Made by a program: the position numbers and the translations under genes. The notes under the pieces were generated by a model. It saw only the letters and a list, made by a program, of their open reading frames with translations, did not search any database and had not been told where the DNA came from. A stretch of 64,000 nt of DNA from Bacteroidales bacterium. Its GTDB lineage: Bacteria; Bacteroidota; Bacteroidia; Bacteroidales; Paludibacteraceae. Positions within the stretch are counted from its first letter, which is position 1, and each line of letters begins with the position of its first letter. Location of the stretch: assembly GCA_012518275.1 (NCBI GenBank), contig JAAYSS010000065.1:15995-79994 (forward strand), in the 5' to 3' direction. Positions 1 through 8,560 of this stretch are shown here, one piece after another.

Positions 1-49
1 ATGAATCATGCTTTGATAGGCTAAAACGGAAAAAATATCAAGATTAACT

Positions 50-700
50 TTATAGCTTTTCTCCATAGGCTAAATCACCTGCATCACCCAATCCCGGTAC
101 GATATAAGAATGTTCATTAAGTCCGGGGTCAATGGCTGCTGTCCACAGCGTTATATCGTCAGGATATTTTTTCATCATGTAATCAATTGCCGGCTGACTG
201 GAAATAATGGTTGCAAAAATCACCTTCCCAGGTTGCCCTTTTGTTAATAATGCCTCATAAGCCAAATCCATTGAACCGCCGGTGGCCAGCATCGGATCAG
301 TGATAATCAGTGTTTTATCATCCAGTTTAGGTGAAGCGATGTATTCAATGTAGATATCAAATTTCAACGCATCTTTGTATTTCCGATAGGCAGAAACAAA
401 CGCATTTTCAGCAAAGTCAAATACATTCAAAAATCCGTTGTGAAATGGAATTCCGGCACGAAGAATGGTCGAAATTACTATTTCTTCATCAATTTTGAGT
501 GAATCAGCTACACCGAGAGGAGTTTTTACCTTCGAAGGTCGATAATTGAGCGTTTTACTGATTTCGTAGGCCATTAATTCCCCCATTCGTTCCAAATTAC
601 GGCGGAAACGAAGGGAGTCTTTCTGAATATCGACAGAACGTATTTCTTTCATATACTGCTGAAAAATAGATGGTTCGTCGGATAAGTTGATTATTTTCAT
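50..700 (-). CDS. upp: uracil phosphoribosyltransferase
   Basis: 216 aa; ILRAG, PRPP-binding DPMLATGGS and C-terminal YIVPGLGDAGD motifs. Confidence 0.96.
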   Translation of the reverse strand: MKIINLSDEPSIFQQYMKEIRSVDIQKDSLRFRRNLERMGELMAYEISKTLNYRPSKVKTPLGVADSLKIDEEIVISTILRAGIPFHNGFLNVFDFAENAFVSAYRKYKDALKFDIYIEYIASPKLDDKTLIITDPMLATGGSMDLAYEALLTKGQPGKVIFATIISSQPAIDYMMKKYPDDITLWTAAIDPGLNEHSYIVPGLGDAGDLAYGEKL

Positions 701-763
701 CTTCTAATCTGTGATTTGTTTTATTTTAAATTATTCTAATCTAAAGTGTTATAAAAGCAAGGT

Positions 764-2440
764 CTAATTTCCTATACAGTCATTATTTAAATTATCTTTC
801 TCCCGAATTTCTGTCCTCCTGATTTTACCACTGATGGTTTTTGGAAGTTCGTCAACAAACTCTACGACTCGGGGATATTTGTACGGTGCTGTTACCGATT
901 TCACGTGATCTTGAATCTCTTTTTTGAGTGCTTCTCCGGCTCGATTTTTATATTCATTGGAAAGAACAATACTCGCTTTAATCACTTGCCCGCGTATTTC
1001 GTCAGGTACGCCCGTAATAGCACATTCTACCACTGCCGGGTGTGTCATCAGCGCACATTCCACTTCAAAAGGACCAATGCGGTAGCCGCTGCTCTTTATT
1101 ACATCATCCGCACGTCCAACAAACCAGAAATAACCATCTTCATCGCGCCAAGCCAGGTCGCCGGTACAATAAATATTATTTTGATAGCACTCATCCGTCA
1201 GCTTCTGATTTCTATAATAACCTTTGAACAATCCGGTCGGATATTCCTTATCTGTTCGAATCACTATCTGCCCTTGTTCGCCGACTTCTGCCGAGCGTCC
1301 GTCTGATGTAAGTAAGTCAATGTCGTAATGCGGGTTTGGACGTCCCATCGAGCCGGGTTTCGGTTCCATCCAAGGGGTGGTAAGGATATCGAGTGTAGTT
1401 TCAGTTTGCCCGTAGCCTTCCTTCAGCTTTATTCCCGTTAATTTCAAAAACCGATTGTAAACCTCCGGATTTAATGCCTCGCCGGCGATGGTACAATATT
1501 TCAAGGAAGACAAATCATATCTTGTTAAATCCTCGCGAATAAGAAATCGGTATATGGTCGGTGGCGCACAAAGTGACGTGATTTTGTGTTTTTCAATCAT
1601 TGCGAGCATATCTGCAGGCGTAAATTTCTCAAAGTCATAGACAAAAACACATGCTCCCACAAGCCACTGACCATAAAGTTTTCCCCAAACAGCTTTTAAC
1701 CAACCGGTATCAGCAATGGTAAGGTGGAGGCTGTTTTCATTAAGATTGTGCCAATACTTTGCCGTGGTAATATGCGCCAGCGGATAAAGGTAATCCAACG
1801 CAGCCATTTTTGGGTTTCCGGAAGTTCCTGATGTGAAACTCATCAACATAATATCTTCGTTTTTGTTCACATTCGGCATGGGAATGAACTCAGGTGCATC
1901 CTTAATTCCTTGTTGAAAATCGTGCCATCCAGCGGGGACTTCCGGACCAACGGAAATTAGATGTTCTACGCTGGGAGATTCTGAAAGAGAATCATTTATG
2001 TGCGTGATTATCGGCTCTTCGCCTGCAGCAATAATGGCTTTAATATCGGCAGAATTATTCCGATAAATCAAATCTTTCTTTGTCAATAAATGGGTGGCAG
2101 GGATGATAATAATCCCAAGTTTGTGAAGGGCAACAATCGTAAACCAAAATTCAATGCGACGTTTCAAGATAGCCATCACAATATCACCTTTTTTCAATCC
2201 GAGCGACTGAAAAAACGAAGCAGTTTGGTCTGAGTACTTTTTTAAGTCGCTAAAAGTCAATTCTCGATAAATACCATGGTCATTTGTCCACTTCAGTGCA
2301 ATTTTGTTTGGTGAAATCTTTGCCCATTCATCTACTACATCATAGGCAAAGTTAAAACGGTCAGGAATAATTATCTTGTAGTTTTCTTCAAAGTCTTTTT
2401 GGCTTGTAAATTCTGTTTGTTGTAAGTATTTTTCTATCAT
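764..2440 (-). CDS. AMP-binding acyl-CoA synthetase (acetate/medium-chain)
   Basis: 558 aa; FTSGTSGNPK, EGYGQTE, TGD..GRADD and LPKTISGKI adenylation motifs. Confidence 0.9.
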   Translation of the reverse strand: MIEKYLQQTEFTSQKDFEENYKIIIPDRFNFAYDVVDEWAKISPNKIALKWTNDHGIYRELTFSDLKKYSDQTASFFQSLGLKKGDIVMAILKRRIEFWFTIVALHKLGIIIIPATHLLTKKDLIYRNNSADIKAIIAAGEEPIITHINDSLSESPSVEHLISVGPEVPAGWHDFQQGIKDAPEFIPMPNVNKNEDIMLMSFTSGTSGNPKMAALDYLYPLAHITTAKYWHNLNENSLHLTIADTGWLKAVWGKLYGQWLVGACVFVYDFEKFTPADMLAMIEKHKITSLCAPPTIYRFLIREDLTRYDLSSLKYCTIAGEALNPEVYNRFLKLTGIKLKEGYGQTETTLDILTTPWMEPKPGSMGRPNPHYDIDLLTSDGRSAEVGEQGQIVIRTDKEYPTGLFKGYYRNQKLTDECYQNNIYCTGDLAWRDEDGYFWFVGRADDVIKSSGYRIGPFEVECALMTHPAVVECAITGVPDEIRGQVIKASIVLSNEYKNRAGEALKKEIQDHVKSVTAPYKYPRVVEFVDELPKTISGKIRRTEIREKDNLNNDCIGN

Positions 2441-2489
2441 CGTCCGGACTGTAATTTTTAATTCTATTTTTCGTGTCTTGTATATCTTA

Positions 2490-3044
2490 TCAAACTATCA
2501 TTGCCAAAAAAACCACTTTTTCTCCGCCTAATGCTTTCATTCCGTGTGGTTTATTTGCGTCAAAATAAATGCTGTCACCCTCGTTTAGCACAAGTTCATT
2601 GCCTGCAATATGCATCTGCATGGAACCTTGCAGCACAAGGTTGAACTCCTGTCCTTGGTGTGTGTTAAGTGTAATCGGATTATTATTAGGTTCCACAGTA
2701 ACCTCGAAGATTTCGGCACGATTGCCCACAAATCCGGACCCCAGAGCTTGGTATTTATAGGCTTTTCTCCGTTCTACATTGACTCCTTTTCCTTTGCGGG
2801 TAACGAAAAAAGCTTGTGCCCGAGCGCTATCACCTGTTAGGAGTTCAACAGTGTCTATTCCAAAAGTTTGAGCAACGGTAAACAAAAAATTCATGGGAAT
2901 ATCTGAGTTTCCACTCTCCCACTTTTCATAATCTTCTGCCGAGACATTACACTTTTGAGCAAATTCATTTACAGACAACTCCAAAGCCTCACGTAATCCA
3001 CGTAATCGTTCGGCAATTTGTTCTATTTGATAATTCATGGTCAT
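2490..3044 (-). CDS. XRE-family HTH regulator with C-terminal cupin domain
   Basis: N-terminal Cro/C1 HTH (RLRGLREALELS..WESG) plus cupin (THQGQEF..GDSIYFDANKPH); start overlaps the upstream stop at 3044. Confidence 0.88.
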   Translation of the reverse strand: MTMNYQIEQIAERLRGLREALELSVNEFAQKCNVSAEDYEKWESGNSDIPMNFLFTVAQTFGIDTVELLTGDSARAQAFFVTRKGKGVNVERRKAYKYQALGSGFVGNRAEIFEVTVEPNNNPITLNTHQGQEFNLVLQGSMQMHIAGNELVLNEGDSIYFDANKPHGMKALGGEKVVFLAMIV

Positions 3045-3661
3045 TAGGATATAAGTTTATAGATTATGGCAGAAAGGAAAACCGTGATAGCACTTAAGCT
3101 GAATCCGCCGATAACTTGTGAAAGAGTATGTGCTTTAAGATAGATTCGGGAAATAGCTACCAGTCCGGAAACAACAAGAGAGATAATAATAAGCATTAGC
3201 GGATTAATTTGTGCCAAATAAGATACAGCAAAAATACTTCCGACAAATCCGCCCATTCCAGCTGCATGAGCGCTGATTTTCCATTTCAAGTTAATGAAGA
3301 CAATCAAGAATAGCGAAACTATCGAACCGATTGCTACAGCAATCAATTCAAAAGGGAAATTAAGCGTACGCCAAAGGAAAAGCACCCAAAACACGCAAGC
3401 AAGCAGTGAGAAGAGGTAGGGCATCGTTCTTTCCTCACGCCGTGAAATAAACAGATCTTTTACCTGTCCTCTACGCATCATAAGGAGTATGGGTAGTGCA
3501 GGAAGAATTCCTGTAAAAAGTGCTGTACCTACAATGGATAGTACTCGATATGAAGAACCTAATAATTGGAAAAGAGGAAGTTGCATCAGCAGTATCATAC
3601 CGATCGTAGGCATTACAAGAGGCTGAAAAACGTAGGATACAATTTTAAGGAATACTCTCAT
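3044..3661 (-). CDS. PAP2-superfamily integral membrane protein
   Basis: About 6 hydrophobic helices; KISAH and SRIYLKAHT resemble PAP2 motifs C2/C3. Confidence 0.7.
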   Translation of the reverse strand: MRVFLKIVSYVFQPLVMPTIGMILLMQLPLFQLLGSSYRVLSIVGTALFTGILPALPILLMMRRGQVKDLFISRREERTMPYLFSLLACVFWVLFLWRTLNFPFELIAVAIGSIVSLFLIVFINLKWKISAHAAGMGGFVGSIFAVSYLAQINPLMLIIISLVVSGLVAISRIYLKAHTLSQVIGGFSLSAITVFLSAIIYKLIS

Positions 3662-3731
3662 TCACATGTTATTGAGTGTGATATTGTTGTAAAACATATT
3701 CAACTAACTCTGTTATCAGTTATTCGAATTT

Positions 3732-5189
3732 TTAAATTTCTTTTCTGAGTCTCGCCACAGGGATATTCAGCTGTTCGCGGTACTTGGCTGCGGTTCGGCG
3801 CGCTATCAAATAACCACGCTCTTTCAAAGCTTTCACCAGTTTATCATCGTTTAGCGGGTTACGTTTGTCTTCATTATCAATCACATCTTGCATCACTTTT
3901 TTGATTTCACGTGTAGAAATTTCCTCTCCAGATTTGTTAATCATGGATTCTGAGAAGAAATATTTCACAGGGAAAACACCAAATTCAGTTTGTACATATT
4001 TGCTATTGCTGACCCGCGAAATAGTTGAAATATCGTATCCCGTTATGTCTGCAATATCTTTCAGTACCATCGGTCTGAGAAAAGTTTCATCTCCTTCAAG
4101 GAAAAATTCTTTTTGGAAATTGACTATAGCAGTCATTGTTGAAAGAAGAGTTTGCTGTCGTTGTTTGATAGCATCTATAAACCAGCGTGCAGCATCAATT
4201 TTCTGTTTCACAAACATAACCGCATTTTTCATCTCACGTGTTTGATTTGATTTATTGCTAGAATAATCTTCAAACATATTGTTGTATGTACTGCTAATCC
4301 GAAGCTCCGGTACGTTGGAATTATTTAGCCGAACAGAAAGTGTCTCTTCATCATTTTCCACAATAAAATCGGGAATAATTATCGAAAACGTTTTTTCCAA
4401 CACATTACCGCCCCAAGCGTTTCCCGGTTTCGGATTCAACTTTGTAATCTCAGAAAGCGCATCTTTAAGGCTCTCTTCTGTAAGATCCATTCCACGGATG
4501 ATTTTGTCGTAATGTTTTTTGGAAAATTCTTCAAAAAAATCATTCACAATTATGCGAGCATGTTTTACTGTTTCGGTAAGCTCTTTTCGATCCAATTGAA
4601 GCGCGAGACATTCTTGTAAATTCTCGGCACCTACACCCGCGGGCTCAAGTTCTTGCACTTTCTTAATCAAAGACTGCATTTCCTCATCGCTTGTTTCTAC
4701 ACCGGCTTGAAAAATAAGGTCGTCAACCATTGATTCTGCATCACGACGAAGATAACCTTCTTCATCGATATTCCCGATAATGTATTCTACGAGTTTGCGT
4801 TGTCTCTCATTTAGGCGTAGAAGTCCTACTTGCCTGGTCAAATATTCATGAAAAGTGGAGCCGACTGAAAACGGAATGTCTTCGTGCTTATCGTCGCGGG
4901 ATGTGTTGTTTGCATATAGCTTATAATCAGGAGTATCATCATCAGACATATAATCATCGAGATCAATATCGCTATCATAATCATCAACATCATCATGCTC
5001 AGAATTATCCATGTCATCCGATGGGTGTTCGGGTATTTCAGCTCCTTCTTCCAAAGCCGGATTTTCCTCAAGCTCCTGACGAATGCGCTCTTCCAACTCT
5101 AAAGTTGGAATCTCAAGCATTTTAATCACCTGAATCTGAGCCGGTGATAGCTTTTGTTGAAGTTTTTGCTGTAATTGTTGTTTTAACAT
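3732..5189 (-). CDS. rpoN: RNA polymerase sigma-54 factor
   Basis: Gln/Leu-rich region I (QQLQQKLQQKLSP), acidic region II, STISR HTH, RpoN box ARRTAAKYRE. Confidence 0.97.
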   Translation of the reverse strand: MLKQQLQQKLQQKLSPAQIQVIKMLEIPTLELEERIRQELEENPALEEGAEIPEHPSDDMDNSEHDDVDDYDSDIDLDDYMSDDDTPDYKLYANNTSRDDKHEDIPFSVGSTFHEYLTRQVGLLRLNERQRKLVEYIIGNIDEEGYLRRDAESMVDDLIFQAGVETSDEEMQSLIKKVQELEPAGVGAENLQECLALQLDRKELTETVKHARIIVNDFFEEFSKKHYDKIIRGMDLTEESLKDALSEITKLNPKPGNAWGGNVLEKTFSIIIPDFIVENDEETLSVRLNNSNVPELRISSTYNNMFEDYSSNKSNQTREMKNAVMFVKQKIDAARWFIDAIKQRQQTLLSTMTAIVNFQKEFFLEGDETFLRPMVLKDIADITGYDISTISRVSNSKYVQTEFGVFPVKYFFSESMINKSGEEISTREIKKVMQDVIDNEDKRNPLNDDKLVKALKERGYLIARRTAAKYREQLNIPVARLRKEI

Positions 5190-5261
5190 TTTTATGATAA
5201 CAAGGCTAAAGGTAAACAGGTTAACGTGATATTTCTCAAATGTTGATCCGATTATATTCTA

Positions 5262-5269
5262 CAAAGATA
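5262..5269 (-). promoter_or_regulatory. Bacteroidetes primary-sigma -7 box (TATCTTTG) upstream of rpoN
   Basis: Matches TAnnTTTG consensus about 70 nt before the rpoN start; -33 box not clearly seen. Confidence 0.5.
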
Positions 5270-5368
5270 CATTTTTTCATTGAAAATGAATGTTTGAATG
5301 CAAATATAAAAATAAATCTGTAATATCTGAAAGTTAAATTAATAATTGTAACACAGAATAAAAATATT

Positions 5369-7825
5369 CTACATGGGATCCACGTCCAAGCTGATACGTA
5401 TAGACTTGAAACCTTCCGTAGCAAGAATGGTGTCGGCAATGCTTTGCAGGTATTTTTTAGCTTGGTTGGGTGAAATTTTATTTTCAAGTTTCAGTAGAAT
5501 ATTTTTAATGTAAAAATTCTGAATCCGTCCTATCATTGGGATATTTGGACCCATAACCCTTTTTCCGAAAATTTTTACCATTTCCGAAGCCATTTGGCGG
5601 GCAGCTTTATCCACTACTTTTGCGTTGCGATGTCTCAACGTAATTTCAATCAGTCTAAAATAGGGCGGATACCTGAATTGCTTCCGCTCGGTTAACTGTG
5701 TTCTAAACATAGTAAAATAATCATTTTTAATCACTTGCTTAATAATCGGATGATTGGGGTTTGAAGTTTGGAGCACTACGATACCGCGCTTGTACTTTCT
5801 GCCAGCACGACCGCTTACCTGCGCCATCAGCTGATATGCTCTCTCGTGTGAGCGGAAATCGGGAAAATTAAGCATATTATCGGCATTCAAAATTCCGACT
5901 AAGCTTACTCTTTCAAAATCAAGCCCTTTGGTGACCATTTGTGTGCCGACTAAAATGTCAATTCTCCCATTTTCAAAATCGCTGATGATTTTTTCTAAGG
6001 ATTTTTTACCACGTGTGGTATCAAAGTCCATCCGAGTTGTTTTTGCTTTCGGGAAAAAATCGCGGATTTCCTGTTCGATTTTTTCTGTTCCAAATCCTTT
6101 GTTTTCCAGATTTGGCGTGTTGCATACGGGACATATTCCTGGAAGACTTTCCGTATGTCCACAATAATGGCAAGTGAGTTTGTTCAGGTATTTATGGACG
6201 GTCAGGCTCACATCGCAATTTTTGCATTTCGGTACGTAGGCACAACCTTTACATTCCAAATAGGGAGCATAACCACGCCGATTTTGAAATAAAATTACCT
6301 GCTCATTGGCGGTTAGCGCCTCGTTGATTTTTTGCATCAGCAGCGGAGTAAAATGTCCTTGCATCTGTTTTTTTCGATAGGCTTCTTTCGTATTTGCAAC
6401 AAGTATTTCAGGCAGTTCTATTTCCTTGAATCGGGTGTTGATTTCCACAAAACCATATTTCCCGGTCTGAGCATTGAAATAGCTTTCAATTGATGGCGTG
6501 GCAGTACCGAGAAGCGTTTTTGCTCCGTGCATTTGAGCAAGTACGATCGCGGCGTTCCGAGCGTGATAGCGTGGTGCCGGGTCAAACTGTTTGTAGCTGG
6601 TTTCGTGTTCTTCATCCACGATAACCAATCCCAGTTGTCGGAAAGGAAGAAAAACAGAAGATCGGACACCGACAATCACTTCGTAACCTTTGCCATTCAG
6701 TAGGTTATCCCAGATTTCAACTCGCTCTGCATCTGAAAATTTGGAGTGATAAACCCCTAATTTATTCCCAAAAACTAACTTTAAACGGGATGTGAGTTGT
6801 GTGGTAAGAGCGATTTCAGGTACCAGATATAGTGCTTGCTTTTTCTCGGTTAATGTTTTTTGAATCATGTGGATATAAATCTCGGTTTTGCCGCTTGAAG
6901 TTACCCCATGAAGTAAAACGACCTGTTTTTCAGTAAACTGTCGGTAAATTTCGTTCATGGCTTTCTGCTGAAATTCGACAAGGGGAAAAGGGTCTTCAGT
7001 TTTTACTACAGAAAGATCAAGCCTTCCAATTTCTTTTTTGTAAGATTCCAGAATGCCTTTTTCAATCAATCCGTTCAAAACACTTGTGGAAACGCCTGAT
7101 TTTTCAAGAAGTTCTTTTTTGGAAACTTCTACCGTATTTTTCTTGGAAAGGGCCTTGGATAAGTCCAAATATTTCATCAACATTTCGAGTTGTTTCTGGG
7201 CTTTGCTTAACTCATCAAATATTTCTTTCAGTCGGCTTTCGTAAGCTGCTTCTTCGGTGAGCCTGACATAAGTTTCGGTCTTTATTTTATATTTTTCGGT
7301 CAGTTCTTCGCTCACTTCCACAGCCCCTTTTTCCATGAGCAACTTTACCAACGGCATTACGTCAGTGATTTCCGTATCTTTAGTTAATTCAGCAACATTC
7401 TTAATTTTTCCATCGGACAGCGCATCCAAAATCCTAAACTCTTTTTCGCTCATCTCCGTTTCTTCTTCGTAGTCGGCATTGATTCTTACTTGGGTTTCAC
7501 TTTCGAGTTTTAATCCAGAAGGCACGGCAGCGCGGTACACATCACCGATGTAGGCTTGATAATAATTACTAATCCACTCCCAAAATTTCAGTTGCGGGTA
7601 TCTCAATATCGGTTTCTCATCCAACACGTAGATGATTTCTTTTGCTTTGTAAAGTGTGGGTGCATTGCTATGAATCAGGCTGACGATGGCGGTGTACATT
7701 TTCTTTTTCCCGAAAGGGACAATTACGCGCATCCCGATTTGAACGGATTTGCTCCATTCGTCGGGAACGCTGTATGTGAAAGTGTTCCCAAGTGGAAGTG
7801 GGAGTATGACTTCAATGTACTTCAT
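5369..7825 (-). CDS. priA: primosomal protein N' (replication restart helicase)
   Basis: 818 aa; GVTSSGKT Walker A, DEEH, four CxxC pairs, QVSGRAGR, C-terminal DVDP. Confidence 0.97.
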   Translation of the reverse strand: MKYIEVILPLPLGNTFTYSVPDEWSKSVQIGMRVIVPFGKKKMYTAIVSLIHSNAPTLYKAKEIIYVLDEKPILRYPQLKFWEWISNYYQAYIGDVYRAAVPSGLKLESETQVRINADYEEETEMSEKEFRILDALSDGKIKNVAELTKDTEITDVMPLVKLLMEKGAVEVSEELTEKYKIKTETYVRLTEEAAYESRLKEIFDELSKAQKQLEMLMKYLDLSKALSKKNTVEVSKKELLEKSGVSTSVLNGLIEKGILESYKKEIGRLDLSVVKTEDPFPLVEFQQKAMNEIYRQFTEKQVVLLHGVTSSGKTEIYIHMIQKTLTEKKQALYLVPEIALTTQLTSRLKLVFGNKLGVYHSKFSDAERVEIWDNLLNGKGYEVIVGVRSSVFLPFRQLGLVIVDEEHETSYKQFDPAPRYHARNAAIVLAQMHGAKTLLGTATPSIESYFNAQTGKYGFVEINTRFKEIELPEILVANTKEAYRKKQMQGHFTPLLMQKINEALTANEQVILFQNRRGYAPYLECKGCAYVPKCKNCDVSLTVHKYLNKLTCHYCGHTESLPGICPVCNTPNLENKGFGTEKIEQEIRDFFPKAKTTRMDFDTTRGKKSLEKIISDFENGRIDILVGTQMVTKGLDFERVSLVGILNADNMLNFPDFRSHERAYQLMAQVSGRAGRKYKRGIVVLQTSNPNHPIIKQVIKNDYFTMFRTQLTERKQFRYPPYFRLIEITLRHRNAKVVDKAARQMASEMVKIFGKRVMGPNIPMIGRIQNFYIKNILLKLENKISPNQAKKYLQSIADTILATEGFKSIRISLDVDPM

Positions 7826-7857
7826 TTCGAATAAAAACTAAAAACTTATGTATTTTT

Positions 7858-7901
7858 TGTATGTTTGTAGAAAATTTCTCTGTGTCAACTACAAACTTAC
7901 A
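7858..7901. promoter_or_regulatory. face-to-face promoter pair for priA (-) and the HD-domain gene (+)
   Basis: TATGTTTG on + (7860-7867) and TAAGTTTG on - (7899-7892), forming a 12/13 inverted repeat. Confidence 0.5.
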
Positions 7902-7938
7902 AATTCAAATTGAAATATAAGTTTAAAAATCAATAATA

Positions 7939-8475
7939 ATGAATCCGATAGGAATTATTGAAAAGTATTACGACCCGAAAAGCGAGCTGTTCAGGATTTT
8001 GATAATTCACAGCAGTCAAGTTAGAGATAAAGCACTTGATGTTATTGGAAAGCACCCAGAATTCGCTGCTGATGCTCAATTTGTAAGTGAAGCTGCCATG
8101 CTTCACGATATCGGTATTTTTTTGACAGATGCTCCTAAAATTAAGTGTTTCGGGACACATGCGTACGTGGAACATGGGTATTTAGGCGCAAATATTGTTC
8201 GCAAGGAAGGTTACGAAAAACATGCACTGGTGTGTGAGCGGCATACGGGCTTGGGCTTGACAGTGGAACAGATTGTAAAACAGAATTTGCCTGTTCCACA
8301 TAGAGAAATGGTTCCTTTATCCATTGAAGAAAAAATAATTTGTTATGCTGATAAATTTTTTTCAAAGTCGAATTTGAAAAAGGAATTGAAGGTTAAGAAA
8401 ATCTTGAAAAATTTAAAGAAATATGATCCATCTCATGGGTCGCTTTTCTTGGAATGGCATGAGAAATTTAAATAG
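7939..8475 (+). CDS. HDIG/HD-domain phosphohydrolase
   Basis: H..MLHDIG..H..H..YADK metal-binding pattern. Confidence 0.85.
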   Translation: MNPIGIIEKYYDPKSELFRILIIHSSQVRDKALDVIGKHPEFAADAQFVSEAAMLHDIGIFLTDAPKIKCFGTHAYVEHGYLGANIVRKEGYEKHALVCERHTGLGLTVEQIVKQNLPVPHREMVPLSIEEKIICYADKFFSKSNLKKELKVKKILKNLKKYDPSHGSLFLEWHEKFK

Positions 8476-8502
8476 TGCTTTTTCAAGGAGATTCTTATTC
8501 TA

Positions 8503-8544
8503 AAAACAGAGGCAAAGCATCAATTGATGCTTTGCCTCTGTTTT
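8503..8544. terminator. bidirectional intrinsic terminator (perfect 42-bp palindrome)
   Basis: AAAACAGAGGCAAAGCATCAA|TTGATGCTTTGCCTCTGTTTT between convergent HD gene and dcp. Confidence 0.85.
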
Positions 8545-8560
8545 GAAAAATTATTTTTCC

